DNA of 32,000 nucleotides from Candidatus Saccharimonadota bacterium (GTDB lineage Bacteria; Bacteroidota; Bacteroidia; Cytophagales; Amoebophilaceae): NCBI RefSeq assembly GCF_964030745.1, contig NZ_OZ034918.1, positions 330,001 to 362,000 of the forward strand, read 5' to 3'. Shown piece by piece: positions 25,923 to 32,000 of this stretch (position 1 is its first letter; each line of letters starts with the position of its first letter). The notes under the pieces were generated by a model. It saw only the letters and a program-made list of their open reading frames with translations, ran no database searches and was not told where the DNA came from. The position numbers and the translations under genes were made by a program.

Positions 25923-26276
25923 CTAAAATTTAAGACCTTTTGCCCGAGCACCTTCCGCCAATGCTTTGACCTTTCCATGGTAAATATACCCAGAACGGTC
26001 AAATACAATGGTTGTAATGCCCTTAGCTAGTGCCTGCTCTGCAATGGATTTTCCCAACTCCATTGCTCCAGCAACATTATTTTTACCAATCTTTAACTTA
26101 TATAAAGAGGAAGAAAGCAGTGTTTCGCCTTTATCATCATTAATAAGCTGTGCATACATGGAGGTATTGCTCTTAAAAAGAGAGAGACGTGGCTGTTCGA
26201 GCGTTCCATGCAAGCGCTTTCTAATTCTTTTTCTAACCTTGAGCCTCCTTTCTACCTTTTTATCCTTTACTTTCAT
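25923..26276 (-). CDS. rplR: 50S ribosomal protein L18
   Basis: [18 protein letters not shown]-type block, [20 protein letters not shown]. Confidence 0.96.
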   Translation of the reverse strand: MKVKDKKVERRLKVRKRIRKRLHGTLEQPRLSLFKSNTSMYAQLINDDKGETLLSSSLYKLKIGKNNVAGAMELGKSIAEQALAKGITTIVFDRSGYIYHGKVKALAEGARAKGLKF

Positions 26277-26330
26277 CTTTTCTACTGGATACTAAATAGT
26301 TCAATTTATATTTAGACTTCTTTTGAAACG

Positions 26331-26882
26331 TTACTTCTTAGTAGACTTACCAACTTTACGTCGAATCTGCTCACCCAAGAATCTAACACCCTTACCCTTG
26401 TAAGGTTCAACTTTTCTCAAAGAACGAATCTTAGCAGCTACTTGACCCAACAACTGCTTATCCATAGACTCCAAATGAACCAATGGACTCTTTCCTTTAG
26501 GTAGCTCAGTGGTAACCGTAACTTCTTCTGGCAAAACCAGAACAATATCATGAGAATACCCTAAACTTAATTCTAGTAATTTGCCTTGCACATTGGCTTT
26601 GTAACCAACGCCAACCAACTCTAACGTGCACTTAAATCCAGTACTAACGCCTACGACCATATTATGAATCAAAGCCCTATAAAGGCCATAAAAGGCCTTG
26701 GATTTCTTAGGATCAACTGGTACTACCTGCACCAATCCTTGGGAAATTTCTACCATAATAGTTGGGTCAACGCGCTGCTGCAACACACCCTTAGCGCCTT
26801 TAACTTGTATAATCCCTCCATCTATGGCCGATACAACAACGCCCGGTGGCACATTAATGGGCTGCTTTCCTATTCTTGACAT
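26331..26882 (-). CDS. rplF: 50S ribosomal protein L6
   Basis: MSRIGKQPINVP...YKGKGVRF. The ATG at 26882 is preferred over the upstream start in the ORF track. Confidence 0.95.
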   Translation of the reverse strand: MSRIGKQPINVPPGVVVSAIDGGIIQVKGAKGVLQQRVDPTIMVEISQGLVQVVPVDPKKSKAFYGLYRALIHNMVVGVSTGFKCTLELVGVGYKANVQGKLLELSLGYSHDIVLVLPEEVTVTTELPKGKSPLVHLESMDKQLLGQVAAKIRSLRKVEPYKGKGVRFLGEQIRRKVGKSTKK

Positions 26883-26893
26883 TTTTCCTGATT

Positions 26894-27298
26894 TTAGTAA
26901 ACATAGCAAAGTACTTCGCCACCAACATGGGCTTTTCGGGCTTCTTTATCCGTCATAATCCCCTTGGAGGTAGATAGTATGGCTATACCCAATCCATTGA
27001 TAACACTAGGCATAGCAGCAACAGTGGAATACTTACGCAAGCCTGGCTTGCTAACACGCTTCAGCTTTACAATAGCAGATTGCTTGGTAAAAGCATCATA
27101 CTTGAGTGCAATTTTAATAATGGGCTGAACGCTACTGGGCCTAGAGACCACTTTATATCCTCGAATATATCCTTTTTCTTGCAATACCTCTGTAAGCTTC
27201 GTCTTGGTTTTTGAAGCAGGAATTTCTACAACGCTATGCTTGGCATGAATAGCATTTCTGATCCTAGTAAGATAATCAGCGATTGGATCTGTAGTCAT
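26894..27298 (-). CDS. rpsH: 30S ribosomal protein S8
   Basis: MTTDPIADYLTRIRNA...GGEVLCYVY. Confidence 0.96.
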   Translation of the reverse strand: MTTDPIADYLTRIRNAIHAKHSVVEIPASKTKTKLTEVLQEKGYIRGYKVVSRPSSVQPIIKIALKYDAFTKQSAIVKLKRVSKPGLRKYSTVAAMPSVINGLGIAILSTSKGIMTDKEARKAHVGGEVLCYVY

Positions 27299-27494
27299 AG
27301 TAATTATAATATTAACGAAATCATAAAAACAGGTATACTTCTTTTGAAATGCTAACTTCTGCTGGTAATTTGCTCGTCGATCCGGTGCTTAAATCCTCAC
27401 GTACATCTAGTACGCTGCGGTTTTGCGCTCCGTATCTCCTACAAATTTCTCAGCATAAGCGCGTTTCAACAGAAGTCTATTTTAAGTTAAGTGG

Positions 27495-27764
27495 CTACCA
27501 ACTTGCTTTCTCTATACCTGGCAACTTCCCCTCTAAAGCCCATTTTCTAAAGACCAGCCTGGAGACACCAAATTTTCTGATATATCCACGTGCTCTACCT
27601 GTTATATTGCATCTGTTGCGCAATCTAACAGGAGAGGCATTTTTAGGCAGCTTATCAAGCGCCATATAGTTACCTTGCTCCTTTAATGCAGCCCTTTTAG
27701 CAGCATATTTTGCCACTAAACACCTTCTTTTCCTATCTCTTGCTTTGACTGATTCTTTTGCCAT
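27495..27764 (-). CDS. rpsN: 30S ribosomal protein S14 (89-aa long form)
   Basis: [41 protein letters not shown]. Confidence 0.96.
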   Translation of the reverse strand: MAKESVKARDRKRRCLVAKYAAKRAALKEQGNYMALDKLPKNASPVRLRNRCNITGRARGYIRKFGVSRLVFRKWALEGKLPGIEKASW

Positions 27765-27775
27765 AACCTTTTAAA

Positions 27776-28330
27776 TTAATCTTGCTCCACATTAAAGGGC
27801 ATTCCTAAAGCTTTCAAGAGTTGAAATGCAGCCTCATTGTTCCCAGCAGTTGTTACAAAAGTTATATTCATACCATTGATCTTGATCACTTTATCAATGC
27901 TAATTTCTGGGAATATGATTTGTTCTTGAATCCCAACATTGTAGTTGCCTTTTCCATCAAATCCAGTGGTACGCAACCCCCAGAAATTTCTAATCCTGGG
28001 CAATGCAATAGAGATAAACCGATCCAAGAACTCATACATAAGCCTTCCGCGCAAGGTAACTTTTACACCAATAGGCATACCTACTCTAAGTTTAAAGTTA
28101 GAAACTGATTTTTTGGCACGGGTAGGCACAGCACACTGACCAGTAATAGCCGTCAATTCTTCTATTCCAAGCTGAATGAGCTTTTTATTGGATACCCCAT
28201 CACCTAATCCTTGATTGATACAGATTTTTTCCAATTTAGGGACTTGCATAGGAGAGGTATACCCAAATAAATTTTTAAGAGCGGGAATAACTTCTGCAAA
28301 ATACTTTTCTTGTAATCTAGGCTTAAACAT
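27776..28330 (-). CDS. rplE: 50S ribosomal protein L5
   Basis: [10 protein letters not shown]...[10 protein letters not shown]. The ATG at 28330 overlaps the rplX stop (ATGTTTAA). Confidence 0.95.
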   Translation of the reverse strand: MFKPRLQEKYFAEVIPALKNLFGYTSPMQVPKLEKICINQGLGDGVSNKKLIQLGIEELTAITGQCAVPTRAKKSVSNFKLRVGMPIGVKVTLRGRLMYEFLDRFISIALPRIRNFWGLRTTGFDGKGNYNVGIQEQIIFPEISIDKVIKINGMNITFVTTAGNNEAAFQLLKALGMPFNVEQD

Positions 28331-28670
28331 TTTGTATAAAATTTCCTGTTTTTTTAGCATACCGCTGGAGTGTACCAACTTCGTTGTGTTTTCTGCCCAC
28401 ACGAGTAGGTGCCCCACTGACTGGATCAATTAACATGAGATTGCTGATATGGATGGGAGCTGGTTCTTTATGGATGGCTCCCTTAGGATGTTGCGCAGAG
28501 GGCTTTATATGCCTGGCTACTATGTTCATACCCTCGACAACCGCACGATACGTTTTGGGAAACACCTTTAAAATAGTTCCCTCTTCATTTCTATGCTTTC
28601 CTGCTAAAATTTTTACGCGATCCCCTGTTCGAATGTGGATCTTGAGATGCTTTTTTATTGTCTTCTTCAT
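28323..28670 (-). CDS. rplX: 50S ribosomal protein L24
   Basis: [24 protein letters not shown] (KOW motif). Confidence 0.95.
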   Translation of the reverse strand: MKKTIKKHLKIHIRTGDRVKILAGKHRNEEGTILKVFPKTYRAVVEGMNIVARHIKPSAQHPKGAIHKEPAPIHISNLMLIDPVSGAPTRVGRKHNEVGTLQRYAKKTGNFIQNV

Positions 28671-28673
28671 GGT

Positions 28674-29042
28674 CTATAGTACTTCATCAGCTAAAGAGGC
28701 TATTTTCATAAACTTCTTATCTCGAACCTCCCTGGCAACGGGCCCAAAAACACCGGTTCCTTTAGGCTCATTGTTATTTTCGATTAAGACAATAGCATTG
28801 TCTTCAAAGCGAATGTAAGAACCATCTTTGCGCCTTACTTCTTTTCGAGTACGAACAACCACAGCTTTAGATATAGTTCCTTTTTTAAGGGCACTAGAAG
28901 GATTGGCTGTCTTTACCGTTACTACAATTTTATCACCTACATGGGCATATCGCCTACGCGTTCCACCCAACACGCGAATACAGAGGGCTGTTTTTGCACC
29001 ACTATTATCGGCTACTTTTAGTATTGATTCCTGTTGTATCAT
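28674..29042 (-). CDS. rplN: 50S ribosomal protein L14
   Basis: [17 protein letters not shown]...[10 protein letters not shown]. Confidence 0.97.
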   Translation of the reverse strand: MIQQESILKVADNSGAKTALCIRVLGGTRRRYAHVGDKIVVTVKTANPSSALKKGTISKAVVVRTRKEVRRKDGSYIRFEDNAIVLIENNNEPKGTGVFGPVAREVRDKKFMKIASLADEVL

Positions 29043-29044
29043 CT

Positions 29045-29299
29045 TTATTTAGCTCTTTCTACGATTTCAACCAGCCTCCAGCGCTTCTTTTTACTTAAAG
29101 GACGTGTTTCCATAATCTTAACCAGATCACCAATGCTACAACTATTTTCTTCGTCATGTGCCATAAACTTGGTGACCGTTTTGACAAACTTACCATATAC
29201 AGGGTGTATGGCCTTGGTATCTATTACAACGGTTATGGTCTTATGGGCTTTGTTACTGGTGACCCTTCCTACCTTTTCTTTTCTTCTATTTCTCAGCAT
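29045..29299 (-). CDS. rpsQ: 30S ribosomal protein S17
   Basis: [23 protein letters not shown]...[16 protein letters not shown]. The ATG at 29299 sits just after the rpmC stop. Confidence 0.94.
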   Translation of the reverse strand: MLRNRRKEKVGRVTSNKAHKTITVVIDTKAIHPVYGKFVKTVTKFMAHDEENSCSIGDLVKIMETRPLSKKKRWRLVEIVERAK

Positions 29300-29304
29300 G
29301 GTGA

Positions 29305-29508
29305 TTACAATTCTAATGGTTGCGCAGGGCAATTATTCTGAGCTGTTTTTAGTCTTGCAATGCATTTCCTGGTTTGCCTAATTTTCATAGGATTCTCAAT
29401 GGGAGAAACCGAATGGGCAAACCTTAGCTTTACTAAATAATCCAACTCTTCCTTTAACTTATCGTTGCACTCTTTAGAAGAAAGTAACTGAATGTCTTTA
29501 TACTTCAT
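29305..29508 (-). CDS. rpmC: 50S ribosomal protein L29
   Basis: Position between rplP and rps[36 protein letters not shown]. Confidence 0.93.
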   Translation of the reverse strand: MKYKDIQLLSSKECNDKLKEELDYLVKLRFAHSVSPIENPMKIRQTRKCIARLKTAQNNCPAQPLEL

Positions 29509-29525
29509 TTCGTTTTAAAAACTTA

Positions 29526-29951
29526 TTATGCAGTTGGGTGATAGTCTCTGCGCACTACGAAATTGGCCTTAATGGGCAACTTATGGATGGCCAAACGCAT
29601 GGCGCGCTCGGCTACCTCCCTAGGAACACCATCTAGCTCAAAGAGAATTCTACCAGGCTTTACAACCGCTACAAAACAATCTGGAGCCCCTTTACCCTTA
29701 CCCATCCTTACTTCAGCCGGTTTCTTGGTTAAGGATTTATCTGGAAAAATTCTATTCCAAACTTGCCCTTGCCGTTTCATTTCTCTTGTAATGGCAATAC
29801 GCATGGCTTCAATTTGCCGCGCCGTAATATAGGAAGGTTCTAAGGCCTTCAGCCCAAAGGTACCAAATTCTAATGAATTTCCCTTCATGGATAAGCCCTT
29901 TATTCTCCCTTTCTGCGTTTTTCTGTAACGTACTCTTTTTGGTTGTAACAT
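29526..29951 (-). CDS. rplP: 50S ribosomal protein L16
   Basis: [19 protein letters not shown]...RMGKGKGAP. Confidence 0.97.
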   Translation of the reverse strand: MLQPKRVRYRKTQKGRIKGLSMKGNSLEFGTFGLKALEPSYITARQIEAMRIAITREMKRQGQVWNRIFPDKSLTKKPAEVRMGKGKGAPDCFVAVVKPGRILFELDGVPREVAERAMRLAIHKLPIKANFVVRRDYHPTA

Positions 29952-29990
29952 TTTAGTGATGTTAATACTGATACAAAAATGGACATCTAA

Positions 29991-30695
29991 CTATTTCCGC
30001 TCTCTGGAAGAGAGAATGGCTTTCTCGCCTGCCCTACTTGGTTTACCTGCTGAACGGTTCGGCTGATTGATGGCTACATCACCTCTAGAAATCCAGACTT
30101 TAATACCTATTCTACCATAAATGGTGTGGGCTTCTACAGCTGTATAATCTATATCATTACGAAGCGTATGCAGCGGAACAGAGCCCTCTTTGAATTCATC
30201 TGACCTGGCCATTTCTGCACCATCTAACCTGCCGGAAACTTTAATCTTAACGCCTTGCGCACCTGAACGAATCACTGCAGCTATACACTGCTTCACCACC
30301 CGCTTATAAGGCATGCGACCTCTAATCTGTTGGGCAATTTGCAAAGCAACCAGTTTGGCTTCCAAGTCTGGCCTTTTAACCTCGACAACATTGAGCTCAA
30401 CCTCTTTTTTAGTAAGCTTTTTAAGCTCTTCTTTTACCTTATCGACTTCCGCACCTGACTTTCCAATCACAATACCTGGACGGGCAGTTCGAATGGTAAC
30501 AGTAATTTTTTTACCCGCACGTTCTATAAGAATTCTAGCAACGCTAGCTTTAGCCATTCGAGCATCTAGATAGGTACGTATTTTTTCATCTTCCATTAAC
30601 TTTTCTGCATAGGAAGTTTTTGATGCAAACCAACTAGAATCTGGCTTTCGAATAAAGCCAACTCTAAAACCGACGGGATTAACTTTTTGACCCAT
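29991..30695 (-). CDS. rpsC: 30S ribosomal protein S3
   Basis: MGQKVNPVGFRVG...GRLDGAEMARSE-type block. Confidence 0.97.
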   Translation of the reverse strand: MGQKVNPVGFRVGFIRKPDSSWFASKTSYAEKLMEDEKIRTYLDARMAKASVARILIERAGKKITVTIRTARPGIVIGKSGAEVDKVKEELKKLTKKEVELNVVEVKRPDLEAKLVALQIAQQIRGRMPYKRVVKQCIAAVIRSGAQGVKIKVSGRLDGAEMARSDEFKEGSVPLHTLRNDIDYTAVEAHTIYGRIGIKVWISRGDVAINQPNRSAGKPSRAGEKAILSSRERK

Positions 30696-30722
30696 TGTAG
30701 TATTATTTCGTCTATAGTATGG

Positions 30723-31109
30723 TTAGGTTATGGTATCTGTAGCGACCTGGTGGGGCACATCAGCAAAATATGCTCCACTATCTACCACAATCACAACATG
30801 GCTAGATCTTTTTCTAATCCTATGTGCTACACCCCTTGGTGCGGGCATAATTCTTTTGAGCATACCTGCCCTATCCACGGTAATGCTTTTTATAAAAATT
30901 GGAGCCTCTTCCAAATCAGCCCCATAATTATTTTGCCAATTTGAAATAGCAGAAAGCAAGAGCTTTCTGAGTTGCACAGCAGCCTGCTGCGGTTTGCTCT
31001 GTAAAATCGCCAATGCCTTCACTACACTTTTACCCCTAATAAGGGCTGCCAATAGCCCAACCTTACGGGCAGATATAGGTAGTTTTCTTAACTTTGCGGT
31101 TGCCTCCAT
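30723..31109 (-). CDS. rplV: 50S ribosomal protein L22
   Basis: LPISARKVGLLAALIRGKSVVKALAIL...GVAHRIRKRSSHVVIVV. Confidence 0.95.
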   Translation of the reverse strand: MEATAKLRKLPISARKVGLLAALIRGKSVVKALAILQSKPQQAAVQLRKLLLSAISNWQNNYGADLEEAPIFIKSITVDRAGMLKRIMPAPRGVAHRIRKRSSHVVIVVDSGAYFADVPHQVATDTIT

Positions 31110-31118
31110 GGTTCAAAT

Positions 31119-31385
31119 TTATCTTTTTTTAGACGTATGGCCTTTAAAATTTTTTGATAAGGCAAACTCACCGACCTTATGGCTTACCATTGATTCTGTA
31201 ATAAAAACGGGAATAAATTTATGACCATTGTGCACGGCAAGAGTATGGCCGACAAAATCTGGCGTAATGGTTGACCGTCTCGACCAGGTTTTGATTACCG
31301 TTTTTTTACCAGATTCATTGAGCATATCTATCTTATGTTGTAGATGGTGGGCCACATAGGGTCCCTTTTTTATAGATCTACCCAT
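31119..31385 (-). CDS. rpsS: 30S ribosomal protein S19
   Basis: [15 protein letters not shown]...[15 protein letters not shown]...[12 protein letters not shown]. Confidence 0.97.
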   Translation of the reverse strand: MGRSIKKGPYVAHHLQHKIDMLNESGKKTVIKTWSRRSTITPDFVGHTLAVHNGHKFIPVFITESMVSHKVGEFALSKNFKGHTSKKR

Positions 31386-32000
31386 TACTTTTTCTTTTTA
31401 CTAATGATCAGTCTAGCAGAATATTTATTGCGGTTTCGGGTCTTTTTACCTTTTGTATACAACCCTTTGGCAGATCTAGGATGGCCTCCAGAGGCTTTTC
31501 CTTCTCCACCACCCATTGGGTGATCAACAGGGTTCATTACAACAGCCCGAACACGTGGCCTTTTACCCAACCAACGGCTTCTGCCTGCCTTAGCAATGGT
31601 AACATTATCATGGTCGCTATTGGAAACAGATCCAATAGTAGCCATACAATGGGCCAATACCAACCTCCTTTCTCCAGAAGGCAACTTAATGGTCACATAC
31701 CCGCCACTTTTAGAAAGCAATTGCGCATATGACCCAGCACTTCTGGCCAACGCAGCCCCACGTCCAGGCGCCAATTCAATATTATGAATAATGGTTCCCA
31801 ATGGGATATCCTTCATTTCCATAGCGTTACCTGGATCTATTGAGGCATTTGAGCCTGCTACCACCTTAGCCCCAACCTTAAGCCCCTCTGGCGCTATAAT
31901 ATAACTTTTTTCCCCATCTACATAATGCAATAGGGCAATATATGCTGTACGCATGGGATCATACTCAATCGAGTGTACAAATGCAGGGATGTCCAATTTC
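31385..32000 (-). CDS. rplB: 50S ribosomal protein L2, partial (N-terminus lies beyond the window end)
   Basis: [14 protein letters not shown]...[19 protein letters not shown]. The stop overlaps the rpsS start (TAATG). Confidence 0.96.
   Translation of the reverse strand, partial: KLDIPAFVHSIEYDPMRTAYIALLHYVDGEKSYIIAPEGLKVGAKVVAGSNASIDPGNAMEMKDIPLGTIIHNIELAPGRGAALARSAGSYAQLLSKSGGYVTIKLPSGERRLVLAHCMATIGSVSNSDHDNVTIAKAGRSRWLGKRPRVRAVVMNPVDHPMGGGEGKASGGHPRSAKGLYTKGKKTRNRNKYSARLIISKKKK

Noticed and set aside
20861-31787. Numerous 60-144-aa plus-strand ORFs opposite the ribosomal protein genes, for example 28384-28818, 29034-29381, 27349-27669 and 26008-26295
   Set aside because: All are antisense to highly conserved ribosomal genes, have no recognisable motifs, and are expected by chance opposite genes with this codon bias.

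Overview
AT-rich bacterial window in two parts. (1) 19.7-32.0 kb, minus strand: a conserved, tightly packed ribosomal-protein superoperon, rplB(partial)-rpsS-rplV-rpsC-rplP-rpmC-rpsQ-rplN-rplX-rplE-rpsN-rpsH-rplF-rplR-rpsE-rpmD-rplO-secY-infA-rpmJ-rpsM-rpsK-rpsD-rpoA-rplQ. Gene order and protein sequences look Bacteroidota-like. (2) 0-19.7 kb: a few housekeeping genes (mutL, Xaa-Pro aminopeptidase, nadK, a GldB-like protein, an FtsB-like protein) interleaved with accessory, eukaryote-like genes and dense small repeats. The accessory content includes a 1001-aa protein combining a lipoprotein-type signal, NLS-like basic clusters, 8-9 near-identical 44-aa (132-bp) tandem repeats and a C-terminal SET methyltransferase-like domain. 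It also includes two paralogous ankyrin-repeat lipoproteins, several orphan lipoproteins, an IS5-family insertion that splits a lipoprotein gene with a perfect 66-bp direct duplication, and at least three families of palindromic MITE-like repeats in almost every intergenic space, some supplying gene termini. Ankyrin and SET proteins together with IS/MITE load beside a clean core operon suggest an intracellular symbiont of a eukaryote, possibly an Amoebophilaceae-type Bacteroidota. That assignment is inference, not a database result. The best candidate for something new is the NLS + repeat array + SET protein. Its repeats carry a hypervariable dipeptide in a Gly-rich hairpin that resembles TALE RVD loops and helix-hairpin-helix motifs. 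No tRNA, rRNA or CRISPR array was seen.
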